Of a DNA stretch of 64,000 nucleotides, positions 13,233 through 25,932 are shown one piece after another. Every line of letters begins with the position of its first letter. The stretch's first letter is position 1. Origin of the DNA: Squalus acanthias (taxonomy: Eukaryota); NCBI GenBank assembly GCA_030390025.1, contig CM059425.1:162876001-162940000 (forward strand). The letters run 5' to 3'. The position numbers and the translations under genes are program-made. Under the pieces are notes generated by a model, which did no database searches, was not told the origin of the DNA, and saw nothing but the letters and a program-made list of their open reading frames with translations.

Positions 13233-13524
13233 ACTCAGAATTCGTGCTGCCTGCTCATTATAATGATTGCAGCCAATATTCCCTCTCATTTTATTTGTAC
13301 TGGGCGGGCGACAAACTCCTCTGAGTGCGACTTTTTTGTCCGTGGGCAGTTAACAACAACAAGAGCAACAACAACAGAAAATTCCGCTCTTTCATTATTT
13401 TTGTTCATTGTGCAAACACTTTTTGGAGTGTTTGAAGAGTTAATGACTTGATATCTTCACTTTATCTCTTTTTCCTGACTCCCCTCTACACATCAAGCAA
13501 TCCCAGGTCAGGTTCTAATATATC

Positions 13525-15520
13525 TTGAGGCCTTGGAGAGGGTGCAGAGGAGATTTACTAGAATGGTAGCAGTTATCTGGAGAGATTAAAGAACTGGGGT
13601 TGTTCTCCTTAGAGCAAAGAAGTTAAGAGAAGATTGAATAGAGGTGGTCAAAATTTTGAGGGGTTTTATTAGAGTAAATAAGGAGAAACAGTTTCCACTG
13701 CCAGGACGGTCGGTAACCAGAAAACACAGATTTAAGATGATTGGCAAAAGAACCAGAGGCGAGATGAGGATAATTTTTGCAGTTTGACTTTCCAGTCGAG
13801 TTCTTTGATGCCTTCATCCTGCGCCAGACCGGAGACAAGGGCTATCCGTTCTTCACCTGGCTCATTGCCGAGAGGCTCTCGGGCACCCTTGCCATTGCAC
13901 CTATCATCTCCGTGTGCATGCCCATCCCCCTTCTTCTCAAGGCCTCCCCGTCAAGGTCCTCATCTGAGTCCTGAGCAGCAGAACTCGCCCTCCAGGGAGC
14001 TGGACCCCGAGCTACCCTTTCCCCCTGGCCTTGCTGCAGCCCACTCGTCCCTGGTGCCTCACCCTGTGCAGATCCCGCTACTATACTAGCCTCTAAGGAA
14101 CGCGTAGTGCCAGTATCTGAGCTGGTGCTTGCAGGTGAGACATGCAGTGGCGCGGTGTGTTCTTCCTCCTCCTCTTCTCCCGCCTCGCTCATTAGAACAA
14201 GGTGTAGTGCCAGAGGACTGGCGGATAGCTAACATAATACCTATATTTAAGAAGGGAGATAGATCTGTCCAGGGAACTAAAGACAAGTCAGCTTAACATC
14301 AGTGGTAGGAAAAATAATGGAATCCCTTCTAAAGGAGAAAATAGAAGAACATCTAGAAACCAAAAATATAATGAATAGTCAGCATGGATGAACAAGGTCA
14401 GAATGCGGAGTCAGGGGACAAGTAGCAGAATGGATAGCTAGCTGGCTTCAAGACAGAAAGCAGAGAATAGGGGTAAAGGGTAGTTATTCACAGTGGCAGA
14501 AGGTGGGAAGTGGTTTTCCACAAGGATCAGTGCTGGGACCACTGCCGTTTACAATTTATATTAACGATTTAGATTTTGGAATCAAAAACACAATTTCTAA
14601 ATTTGCGGATGACACCAAATTGGGGGGGATAATCAATACTGAGGAGGACTGTAACAAATTACAGGAGGACATTAATAAACTTGCAGAATGGGCATATAAT
14701 TGGCAAATGAAGTTCAACACAGATAAATGTGAGGTATTACATTTTGGTAGGTCACTTATCACTTGGAGGGTGCGAGTCTAGGTGGGGTAGAGGTGGAAAG
14801 GGATCTCGGAGTACAAATACACAAATCACTAAAAGTAGTGACACAGGTTAACAAGGCCATAAAAAAAGCAAACCAAGCACTAGGGTTTATTTCTAGAGGG
14901 ATAGAATTGAAAAGTAGTGAAGTTATGCTAAACCTGTATCGAACCTTGTTTAGACCACACTTGGAGTACTGCGTACAATTCTGGTCGCCATATTAGAAAA
15001 AGGATATAGAGGCACTGGAGAGGGTGCAGAGAAGATCTACAAGGATGATAGCAGAAATGCGAGGGTATACCTATCAGGAAAGGATGAACAGGCTGGGTCT
15101 CTTTTCTCTTGAAAAGAGAAGGCTGAGGGGTGACCTAATAGAGGTCTTTAAAATTATGAAAGGCTTTGATAGAGTAGATACAGAGAGAGTGTTTCCACTT
15201 GTGGGGAAGAGACTACCTAGAAACTATCAGTATAAGAGTCACCACGAAATCCAGTAGGGAATTCAGAAAAAACTTATTTACCCAAAGAGTGGTGAGAATG
15301 TGGAATTCGCTACCACAGGGATTGGTTGAAGCGAATAGTATAGATCCATTTAAAGGGCGGTTAGATAAGCATATGAGGGAGAAGGGAATAGAGGGTTATG
15401 CTGATAGATTTAGATGAGGAAAGACGGGAGGAGGCTCGTGTGGAGCATAAACGCCGGCATGGACTGTTTGGGCCGAATGGCCTGTTTCTGTGCTGTTTAT
15501 CCTATGAAATCCTATGTAAC
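13525..15520 (+). mobile_element. Cluster of CR1 fragments with an embedded Harbinger patch (~13800-14190)
   Basis: RT motifs PQGSVLGP, SKFADDTKL and RPHLEYCVQFW with frameshifts; tail atcctatgaaatcctatg. Confidence 0.9.
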
Positions 15521-15739
15521 AACATCAACTTGCATTTATGTAGCACTTTTGACGTAGTAAAATGTTAAACTCCACAGGATGTTACCAGACAAAATTTTGC
15601 TGAATGAATGAAAAATGTAGATGCAAGCAGGTTATTTAATTTGAATTTGAATATAGAACTTGAAGAAATTATGAAATAATTAACAAGTCTTAAGATTAGA
15701 AGGATTTTTTCCCCCCAGAGTGCTAGACATGTGAAATAG

Positions 15740-16692
15740 ACTAGTGTCATCTTTTGTTTCTTAACTTGTCCCATTACCATCTCCTTTTGCCTTGCACCAT
15801 CATCCCTTTTTTCTCTTAATCTCTCCTGCCTTCCATCCTATCACAGACCTTCCCCTTTGTTCTTTCCTCCCCTCCGACCTCTCCCTGCTTAAAAACCTGT
15901 TACATCTCCAACTTTTCCCAGTTCTGACGAAGGGTCATTGACTTGAAACAATGGGCCAGAAATTCGGCTCTCCGGCTTCCTGCGGGTGCAAGCATCGCGC
16001 GCGTACTTGCCTACCGCGCCTGCTGTTGTGCTTCGGGCCCATGAGGACTTTGGGTCCTGGGCCTCCTGCAGCTGCCAGCGCGCAGTGCTTGCGTATCCCA
16101 GGGGCGCAGTTAGTTCGAAGCGTCCCCTGGGATCACGTGGGCCATGGAGAGCCAATCGGAGCAGGGCATTTTCATTCATAGATTTGACAGGAAGACCTGT
16201 CAAATCTATGAATAGAGATCGGCCCCAAAACCACACTTAAACTTCAAATACATTTTTAAAAAAACATCACATTTTAAAAATAACTGTAAGTTACATAAAT
16301 TAACTACTTTAAACAAAAATTTTAATTTTTGAAAAAATTAATTATACTTTTTAACGGTGCTAAAAATAAACTTACCTTTCTTTAAAGTATGTAATAATGA
16401 TAAAACTGTTGAAAAAATGTTTAAATTGTAATTAATTAACCACTTACCTTGTTAAAAACAGGCCTTGCGCCTCCTTTTTAAAAGTGCAGCTTTTCCATAC
16501 TTACCTTCCCGGAGAAACCTGAAAAAAAAAACGAAGTTCGCTGCGTGCGCGCAGCCTCTCCCGCGCACGCGTTCAACTTCTGGCCTGTTAACTCTGTTTC
16601 TCTCTGCACAGATGCTGCCTGACCTGCTGAGCATTTCCAGCATTTTCCGTTTTTATTTCAGATTTCCAGCATCCGCAGTATTTTGCTTTTGT
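15740..16692 (+). repeat. Penelope-type terminal repeat with a minimal hammerhead core, split by a MITE
   Basis: agttCTGACGAagggtcattgacttGAAAc at ~15920-15949 resumes as gttaactctgtttctctc...gatgctgcctgacctgctgag after 16586. Confidence 0.75.
15953..16586. mobile_element. Harbinger-type MITE (CACGTG/CCAAT family)
   Basis: Termini gggccagaaatt / aacttctggcct; core ctgggatcacgtgggcc shared with the elements at 54169 and 58434. Confidence 0.8.
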
Positions 16693-16899
16693 ATGTGAAA
16701 TAGACTCCTAGCTAATGCTGTTCTAGTAAAGTCCTTAAAAAAATAGTTGGCTGAATATCTGGACAGAAGATCAGCCTGTAAGAATAAATACAGATAAAAA
16801 TAATTGAATCCTGCGTCAGCTCCAGCATAAAACCCAGTCCCTGCCGTGCACTCTGCTAACTTGGCACTGACTCTCTGTTCTTCTCCAGCCACTCACAAG

Positions 16900-17430
16900 A
16901 GCTGAATTAAATCATGTGAAACCCTGACATCTTGTTCAATCCAGAGTTCAAATCCCACATCCTGTCCATCACCAGGACCACTTACTTCCATCTGCACAGC
17001 AGTGCTCACCTCCACCTCTACCTCACCCCCACTCCCAGCAAAGCATTTAACCACACATTTGTCACCTCTAGACTTGATTTCTCCTCCTTGCTGACCTACC
17101 ATCCATAAGCCTACATAAACTTCAGCCTGTTCAAAACTCAGTAGCCCATATCCTGCCTGATCACCTATCATCACTGACCTATATTGCCTCCCTTTTACTT
17201 CAATGCACGATCCTCATTTTCAAATCCCTCCTGCACCCTTTGGTCGTCTAACTCTGGCATTTTGTGCCTCCCAACTCCCTTTGACCGCCACCACCCCCCC
17301 ACCCCGCCCATTAATGGTAGAGCCTTCAGCTACCTTGGCCCAATTCTCTGTGATATCTCTCTCTAAATGCTTCCACCTCTTCCCTTCTCTCAACACCTTT
17401 AAAAAAACTCATCTTTTCAACAAAGCTTTT
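16900..17430 (+). mobile_element. Degenerate L2-type LINE 3' fragment
   Basis: Pyrimidine-rich; TTHLSPLDL and GRAFSYLGP remnants; aaaactcatcttttcaacaaagctttt end like 50480-50610. Confidence 0.6.
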
Positions 17431-17848
17431 GATCAGGCTGGGGCATTTTCTCTGTTAAAGAGAAGACTAAAAGGAGACCTGATAACGATATTTAAAAGTA
17501 TGAAAGGGTTCAATAGGGCAGATGTGGAGAAACAGTTTCTACTTGTGGGTGAGTTGTGCCTGAGTTCAATTGCTGAAATCACACAATGTGTCTGACCTTT
17601 ATATAAAATGGGTGAACAAAATTGTTGAATTGCCCTAGTGCGCATTACCATGTCCTAGTACTCATTACCATCCATTACAATATTGAAATAAAATATTTGC
17701 ACATTTTATGAGCAAGCACTTTAGGCCAGCTAAAAATCATGCTATGTAGTAAATCAGGTGGGGATCTGACAAAAGAGATTTCCCAGCAACCAACTGTATG
17801 CTCCCTAGTTGTGGAACTTATCCCAGCAGACAGAAAATAAGACCGATT

Positions 17849-18266
17849 GGGCTAGAAATTCGGCTCCGTAACGTCTGATTTTTCAGTGCTACGGGTGCCA
17901 TTTTGTCTCACCCTGACCCCACTCTCAGCAATCACACTCGACCCACTATCATTCCCCTCCAGCCTCTGATCCTTCTCCCCAGCCTCCGATCCCGACCCCC
18001 AGCCTCCGATCCCGACCCCCAATCATCCCCCCCGCCCTGACCCTGATCAAGGACCCGGACCCGATCCACTGACCTGAGGGTCTGCTGCTGCAACGCTAGC
18101 AGCAGCCCAATCATGCACTCATCTTCGTCTTGCCGGCTCCAACATAACGCCCGAGGCCCAACATCGGGGGCGCCTTGGGCCTCACCATTCAGGCATAGGG
18201 CATGTATCTTGCACCCCCCTCCCCCAACTGCTGGCCCAAACATGGACACATCCGAATTTGTGGGCC
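17849..18266. mobile_element. Harbinger-type MITE
   Basis: Termini gggctagaaattcgg / ccgaatttgtgggcc; flanks att/ata. Confidence 0.7.
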
Positions 18267-19564
18267 ATATATTTTATTTGACCCAAAAGTGAAGGACTAT
18301 GGTTTATCATCCAGCCATTGTCTAGAACAGGATGTAGAGAGTGACACTGTGGAAATTGAGCTGCAGTCACGGTAACATGCCTAACATAAGCAAAGGAAAG
18401 TACACAGTAAACAGGAATTTAAAGTTAAAATTACACTCATCACATTAATTAAGATAATGATGTTGGAATGACATTGCAATGACATAAGCACAAATAATTA
18501 ATATAAATTCTGGTTGGAGGGAGCTACTTGCTGGGTTTAGCAAAGGCTCTATCCCAGCCTTTGTAGAGCCAAGACAATAGATTAAGTGAGCTGCTATGCA
18601 ATTTTCCTTTTCAGTTGGCGATGCAAAACATGGTGGAGAACAGTCCACATAGTCCTGGGTTTCGGTTGATCCCTTCCTGATGGCTTTGATTCTAAAGTTA
18701 AGGAGCTACAGGTTGGGGGAGTCACTGAGTCTACTACTAACATGAAAAATGGGCCTCAGTGTTCAAAGAAATAGAATAAAACTACCTAAACAAAAAAAAC
18801 AAAATAAAAACTGACATGACACACCTCACTGACTTTATACAGCTGACAGATAAAAACAGACCAGTACCTACAATGGCCCCGATATTTATGGGGAGGCGGG
18901 GACGGAGCTGGGGGGTGGGGGTGGGAAGTTTAGCGGTCGGGCCTGCAGTCCTGCCGAATTTAATGGCAAGACCTGGTTACCATTTTTGGACTCTGTTTCC
19001 CGGCCGCGGCCAGTCAGATTGAGAGGCTGGCTGGCTGGCGGGCGGGTAGGCCTGCGGTACCGGGCCACAGCCGAGACGTGTGGAGGAAGGAGGGAGGGAG
19101 GGATTGGGGGTCGGACTTAGTCAGGGGGGTGCGGAGAGATTGAGGGTGGGGGAGGGGGACATTGGTGCGGGCGCCCGGAGAGTTCGAGGGTCGAGGTGGA
19201 CTTAAGGGGGGGCCAAAGCGATCGTAGGTCGAGGGTCTGAGACAGCAGGAGGGACCGAGAGGTAGATCAGGAGTTGGAATGTTCGGGGGTGGGGGGGGTG
19301 ATCCGATCGCATGGGGAGGTCCGATCGCGGGTTGGGGGGCACGATCGCAGGGTAGGTTAACAGGGTAGAGAGAGGGGCCGGGGGTACCACTCCTGCTCCT
19401 CCTGGTCCACAAGCAGTCTGGAAAGGCACTTACTATCAGAAAGAAAACATTAAGAAAACACAGAAAAAAGGTTAACTTAAAGAAGGGAAATCCTGGTAAT
19501 CTTGTACCATTACTTGAATTTGGAGGGTGTGTTTGGAATAAAAGTCCTGCACTTAAACATGTTT

Positions 19565-22228
19565 GGGCCAGAACTTGCTGGGAAGTCATATTTATTAGAA
19601 TGATGCATTAACATTGTCACCATTATTAATTAGTAAAAAATCCACAAATTTGTCGAGTAAAAGAGATATGCCATGAGTTCAAACTCTCGGTAAATTGTGG
19701 GACGACTTGCGTTGCTCTGCAGTTAGCCTTGCCAAAGCCGATAAAAGTTTGCCTTTGCCATGAGGCTCCTCATTACACTTAATAGCGATCGTGAAATTGT
19801 TGGATTTATTACAATTTATTCCTTCTGCAGCCATTTAGGGCTCTAATCAATGTCGTAGAGGAACTTGGTAATGCTGTGATTTATGGTCTTGACATGACAC
19901 TCAGCCTTGGTGACCCATAAAGGGACCAATTAAGCTGTGGGCTCTCACTCCAGCAGGTCGTGAATTGTTCCTAGAGTTTTTTTATATTCTTTTTATTTGT
20001 CTTGGCAGTCTTTTTGTGCCAGTTTTGCCATTCAGACTCGGAAGGCAATCATTTTCAGGACGCAAAGCAGTTTCGACACTCAGAAGAGGGTTACTCATTC
20101 AAATGCAAATTAGGTGGATTTCTTTCAGAAAATAACATTTTGGGATACAGTATATGAGTAATTTGAGACATGACATGTGGTAAATGTAGCAGGCTTGGGA
20201 GGAAAAAGGTGAATTTGGACCTATGGTTTCCCAAACTCTCCACCACTGGCGTTTTCCTCGTGTCATTTCTGGATCTGTTGTAGACTAATTTATAGAGACT
20301 GATTGCTATGATTAGTCAACAACTCCATTATCGTTGTATCATACGACTGCCAGGGTGGTAGAGGGTGAACTAGATGGACCTTGGCCTTTTTTGTCTAGCA
20401 ATCGCTATGTTCCTATGTTCCTAATGACGCAGTGCAATTGCGTACCCACTGGGTGTTCCACAGTTCCTGAACATGATGGATGGGGCCGCTGGTTCTGTAC
20501 TTCATGAATCAAGAATGTTGGTACATTTCACACACCTACCCTGCCATTCACTCATTACCTTCTCAAGGACCAATACAGCAATTTCCAAACTCAACTGGGT
20601 TACAAGGTCCTCTTCTTCTGCTTATTCTTTAAAAAAATCTGCCTCCTTTTCCTTTCTGTCTCTTTTTTCTCTCTCTCGTAATCCACTCTCTTTCTTTCAC
20701 GCTCTTTATTCCTCTTTCTGTCTATATATTTTGTTCAGTGATTATTTGCACTGCATTTTGGGCTCTCCTTGCGCATGCGTACCCGTTTGGTATTGCGCTT
20801 GCGCATTCGAGCCAGTTGGTCGCGCATGTGCAGTACCCAACGGTGCCGCGGCTGCAGCCTGCACCGCCATGCTTCATTCGGCTCCGAGCGGAGGTCAGGG
20901 GATCGAAGGGGGAGAGAGAGAGATCGACAGGGGAGAGACGATCGAAGGGGGAGAGAGAGGATCGAAGGGGGAGAGAGAGGATCGAAGGGGGAGAGAGAGG
21001 ATCGAAGGGGGAGAGAAAGAGGATCGAAGGAGCAGAGAGGGGATCGAAGGGGGGGGGAAGAGAGGATCGAAGGGGGGAGATGAGGTCAGGAGCTCGGGGG
21101 GGAGAGAAGGTCAGGAACTCGGGGGGGGGGGGGGGGGGGAACAGAGAAGGTCAGGAACTCAGTGTAGGAGAGAGCACAGTGGGGATGGGGCAAGAGCATG
21201 ATCCCGGTCTAAAGGTTAGGGATTGAGAGTGAGAACGTGATCTTGATGGGAAGACAGATTGCATTCTCCCCGCTCTGTTATATGTGGATCACGTTCTTGG
21301 AATGTCAGAAACTTTTTAGGGGGGGAGGTGGTCAGGAACTCGGAGGGGGGGGGGGGGGTGAAGGTCAGGAACTTGCTGGGGTGGGGAGAAGTTAAGGAAC
21401 TTGTTGGGGGGGGTCAGGAACTTGTTGGGGGGGGGGGGGGGGGAGGAGAGGAGAAGGTCCTAACCCATGAGGGTGAGCCCTGTCTGTTCTTTGAAAGCAG
21501 TACTGTGAGCTGTGTCTGAAGCCTGGCAGGCAGAATGAATGGTTCAAATTACACATTGCAAAGTACTCGATTACTCAGGCAAGCAGGATCTAATTACACA
21601 TTCCAGACAAACTGCTGGGCGTGTCTTGTCCTCCAAAGGGACAATCAGAACTTTGGTGTTACAAATAGTTACAGCCTTGATTTACACACAAACAGCATCT
21701 CACCCTTAACCTCCCCATTATCTTTAAGAACTTGCTGGAGTTCCACATTAATTGCCCATTAAACATGCCACAGAAAGTTAAGTCTGGTATTTAAGAGTGT
21801 AAATACATTTTTAATGATGTGATAATCGTTAATTCAATGCCAATCAACCTTTCTGTCCCAGAATGGGAACAACTTAAGTGTTCAATCTCATTCCTGCATG
21901 TAGTCAATTATTGTTAGAGATTTCAAAAATGTCAATAGTCAAATTTAATTTTTTTTCCTACTTTTCCTTTCTGCCTTTTTTCTCTCTCTTAATCCAACCT
22001 TTCTTTCCCTCTATTTATTTCTCTTTCAGTACCTGATTTGACTCTAATACACCCTCCTTCTCAGTCACTCCTCTGTTCTTTTTCAGTCCTTAAATCTCAT
22101 TGGTTAAGGAGATACCCTGTTGGTCCAGCCATTCCCTGATGCCCTTGCTGTGCCGTTCTCAGCTCGCACTTCCAGCAAGTTACTAAAGGGGCATGCGTGA
22201 GATGCCCCACTCCAACAAGATCCGGCCC
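19565..22228. mobile_element. Old Harbinger-type non-autonomous element with nested insertions (CR1 tail ~20090-20422, G-rich minisatellite)
   Basis: Termini gggccagaacttgctgg / ccaacaagatccggccc; flanks ttt/att. Confidence 0.55.
20895..21455 (+). repeat. G-rich minisatellite (~20-bp GGATCGAAGGGGGAGAGAGA units, then GGTCAGGAACT+poly-G units)
   Basis: Tandem units directly visible at 20900-21080, variant units to ~21450. Confidence 0.9.
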
Positions 22229-22952
22229 ATTATCAAAAAAAATTTGTAAAGTCTGATTCTGCAGTGATGTGCTCAGGGTGTAGCTCATCAGCAGTGTTGA
22301 GAGGGTAGACCTCAGCCCATTCGTTGTTGACCTTCTGATTCCACAAAAGCAAAGGTTTATGAGGTTTTTGAGGCAACACTTTGGGCATGCGCAGACTTCA
22401 CTACCTACACAAGTATGTAAATTGGTCCTACTCCAGACTCCCTGTGTATTTTTGCAGTGCAGCTTTTGATTTGCTGAGTACCTGTACTGAACCTTTCAAT
22501 TTTTAAGCTGCTGCCTCATTTCAAGCCACTTTTGGTGACATTTGTCAGATAAGTTAGTACTCTGTACACCAATGTATCAAGCAGGTGACTGCAGCCTTGT
22601 CTGCCGGGGACAGCACATATATCATTTTCCAAATGAAAAGGAGAGAACTGACGAGCGTGCGATGCTGTAACCAGCAGGGTGCCAAACAACAAGCCCACAG
22701 CATAAACTGACCAATATGGATTTCATTTCATCAGCTTGCAAATAGTTTCACACCATCAGAACTGAATAATGGAGGTAACTGCAAGATACCCCAGAGAAAT
22801 TATGATGCTTTCATCTTGCAACAATTGATGGGGCCACAACTCTTTGAAGGAGCAGAAAGAGTGGACTATGGTTGCCGAAGGACCAGGAATACCAGAACGC
22901 CCACTTCAAGGCCGAGAGAAAGTGCGATGAAGCTCATTCCTCTATCTGAATT
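22107..22952 (+). repeat. Left arm of an inverted duplication (MITE end plus ancient Harbinger transposase relic)
   Basis: Reverse complement of 25933-26837; decayed FQATFGDICQIS, GFHFISLQIV, VTARYP and YDAFILQQ motifs. Confidence 0.92.
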
Positions 22953-23096
22953 GTTGTGGAACACATCTTGGGATGTTGATATTTTTTTTTATTCATTCAC
23001 AGGATGTGAGCGTCGCTGGCAAGGCCAGCATTTATTGCCCCTGAGAAGATGGTGGTGCCACCTTCTTAAACCACTGCAGTCTGTGTGATGAAGGTC

Positions 23097-23432
23097 TTTT
23101 TTTTAGTGGTTTGATACAACTGAGTGGCTTGCTAGGCCCTTTCAGATGGTAGTTAAGAGTCATCAACATTGCTGTGGGTCTGGAGTCACATATAGGCGCG
23201 TAAGGACGGCAGATTTCCTTCCCTAAAGGACATAAGTGAACCAGATGGGTTTTTACGACAATCCAGTAGTTTCATGGTCACTGTTAATGTCAGCTTTTTA
23301 ATTCCAGATTAATTTAATTAACTGAATTTAATTCCCCAGCTGCCATGGTGGGATTTGAACTGATGTTTCCGGTCATTAGTCCAGGCATCTGGAATACTAA
23401 TCCAGTAACATAACCACTATGCTACTGTACCC
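23097..23432 (-). mobile_element. tRNA-derived SINE (second copy at 43910-44247)
   Basis: Minus strand begins gggtacagtagcatagtggtt (A box) with gttcaaatcc (B box) and an A-rich end. Confidence 0.8.
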
Positions 23433-23995
23433 TATCCTTGGTCCCCTCCTAGTCCTTGTCTATAGGCTGCCCCTCGGCGACATCATCCAAAGACATGGTA
23501 TAAGGTGCCACATGTACACCCCCCTCGACCCCTCAACTGCCTCTGTATAGTCAGACTGTTTGTACAACTTTCAATCCTGGATGAGTTGCAATTTCCTCCA
23601 GTTAAACATTGGGAAGACCGAAGCCATTGTCTTTGACCCCCGCCACAAACTCCATATCTTCGCCAACGATTCTTCCCCGACCACTGCCTCAGGTTGAAGT
23701 TTACTGTTTGCAACCTCGGCATCCTATTTGACTCCAAGCTGAGCTTCTGATCCCATATCTCCTCCATCACAAAGACTATCTACTTCCACCTCCATGACCT
23801 CACCTGCTTCAGCTCATCTGCTGCTAAAACCTTTATCCATGCCTTTGTCACATCCAGAATCCAAACTCTTGGCACGTGACATTCCTCGCTGGCAGGGCCG
23901 TCTCATAAAATTATCTCCAAACAGTTAAATTAAAAGTTGTCATAATTTTACGTAATGCTTTGATTCTTCCCAAGTACACGGACAGTGGTACTCAC

Positions 23996-24143
23996 TCTTT
24001 AAATGAGTCGAGTTGGGCACTTTAATTTCTGAGTTAAATGGTGCAAAAACAGAATTAGAAGTAGAACCATCTGGAGAGAGCAGGTGTTCGAAAAGTTCAC
24101 AGCCTGACACCAGCAGTGTAAACAGCAAGCGGGGGGAATTGTC
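23996..24143 (-). CDS. Candidate exon of an unidentified gene (alternative acceptor at 24070)
   Basis: Strong donor aga|gtgagt; acceptors cacatgcag (24143) or ctctctccag (24070); open frame DNSPRLL...DGSTSNSVFAPFNSEIKVPNSTHLK. Confidence 0.25.
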
Positions 24144-24278
24144 CTGCATGTGAACAGTCAGACATTTGACTGTGAATATTTACAGACAGCAGATATTTGC
24201 TGTGGGGTCACAAGTAAAGTACAATATTGCTTGTATTCCTGCATGATAACCTATAACCCTTCAATGTTAACCCTTTAA

Positions 24279-24585
24279 GGGTAACACGGTGGCATAGTGG
24301 TTAGCACAGGGACCCGGGTTCGAATCCGGCCTCGGGTGACTGTCTGTGTGGAGTTTGCACATTCTCCCCGTGTCTGCGTGGGTTTCCTCCGGGTGCTCCG
24401 GTTTCCTCCCACAGTCCAAAGATGTGCGGGTTAGGTTGATTTGGCTATGATAAAAATTGACCCTTAGTGTTAGGGGGGGATTAAATACGTGGGGTTACGG
24501 GGATAGGGTGGGATATGTGTCGGTGCAGGCTCGATGGGCCGAAATGGCCTCTATCTGCACTGTGGGGATTCTGTGATTCTGTGAA
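24279..24585 (+). mobile_element. HE1-type V-SINE with a CR1-derived tail
   Basis: A/B boxes (internal deletion), V domain gtggagtttgcacattctccccgtgtctgcgtgggtttcctccgggtgctccggtttcc, tail gatgggccgaaatggcct...(gattctgt)n. Confidence 0.92.
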
Positions 24586-24926
24586 TGGTCCGTTTAGATG
24601 AAATGTGCAAATGGGGTGATTTCGGAACTTCAACAGCCATACCAAATGAGGCATCATTTGATAGCTTGGAGTTTTTCCTTCAGTGCCTTCAGGTATCAGT
24701 GGTTTGTCTCCCTCAGGAAATTAAGTTTGGAAGAATCCATGACAATGTAAATTGAAAATGGTCTGTTAGAAAGAGATGGTTGAATGGCCTTTTCCCATCC
24801 CATACTTTTCATGTAGCTCAGTGACTAAAGTTAATTTGTGAATAAAATATAGGCTCCCTCACTGCCTGTATAGCTTTGACCTCACACCTGCAATTGTTGG
24901 CCTGGCCCACAATCTTTTCCTCTGGT

Positions 24927-25932
24927 CCACCATGGGGAAGCCTGCTATCCTGGCAAAGCCACATGCACACTCTGCCTGCTTCTCTCTGGTCAGAGAGAGG
25001 ACAATGAACTCCCCTCTCCTGGCAGAAAGAAATTCTGTCACCTCTCTTATGCAGCAGTGGATGGCGAACTGCGAGATGTTACAGATGTCACCTGCTCCAG
25101 CCTGGAAGGCTCCCGACGCAAAGAAATTCAGGGCCATGGTCACCTTCACAGCCACTGGCAGCACTGTCCTTGCCCTGCTGTGAGGCTGCAGGTCTGGTTG
25201 CAAGAGGTGGAAGAGTTCTGTGAGCACCTCCTTCATAAAGCGCAGACACCTCATACACTGCTCCTGGCTCAGGCTAAGGTAAGAGATTTGCTCTCGGAAG
25301 ACCCTAGGTGGGTAAGGCCTCCTGCTGAGAGCCCTTCTCCCCTCCTCCTCCTCCTCCCTCTGTGAGCAGCTTGTCCCCTTCAGTTGCCTCTGCTTCATCT
25401 CCCTGTCATGCTGCAGGCCAAGGGGGATGACAACTAGATCACTCATGATTGGGAGCAAGTGGTCTGACCAGAACCCTTGAATTCAGAAGCAAGGCCTTCT
25501 CCACTTGCAGCAGCACTTACTGTCACCTCACCAACTTTAAATAGTAAATGTAGAAAGCTTCAAACAGTTCCACAAACTTACACAGAGCCAGTAGAAATCA
25601 AAAGCAAGTTACCTGCAAGTTATTACTGATCCCTTTAAATATCGCTGGTGGGGGGGTCCTACCTGCTGCTGAACGCATGTTCAGATGTGCGAGGTTAACA
25701 CAGGGCGTTAGTTCCAGCGATGACAATGAAAATAGCAGCACTGGCATCTAACGATCACGATCTGCCTACTTACCATACTTCCAGCGCATGGTCCTAACGG
25801 CCACCCTACCGCCCTCACCAATATGACGTCTGGTGCAGCCCGCACCAGAAGTGTGCATGTGCTGCTCGGACGACATTTTGAATCCAATTCAGCACCCGTA
25901 GCGCCCAAACAACGGGCGATACGCAACTACCC
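24927..25932 (-). mobile_element. Harbinger fragment: terminus plus transposase N-terminal half
   Basis: ORF 24859..25458 RRPYPPRVFRE...FFASGAFQ...GFARIAGFPMV is homologous to copies A and B. Confidence 0.9.

Noticed and set aside
20900..21080. Regular repeats as a CRISPR array
   Set aside because: Tandem units without unique spacers, in vertebrate DNA
20473..21226. Long overlapping ORFs (242, 162 and 104 aa)
   Set aside because: They arise from a stop-poor G/A minisatellite
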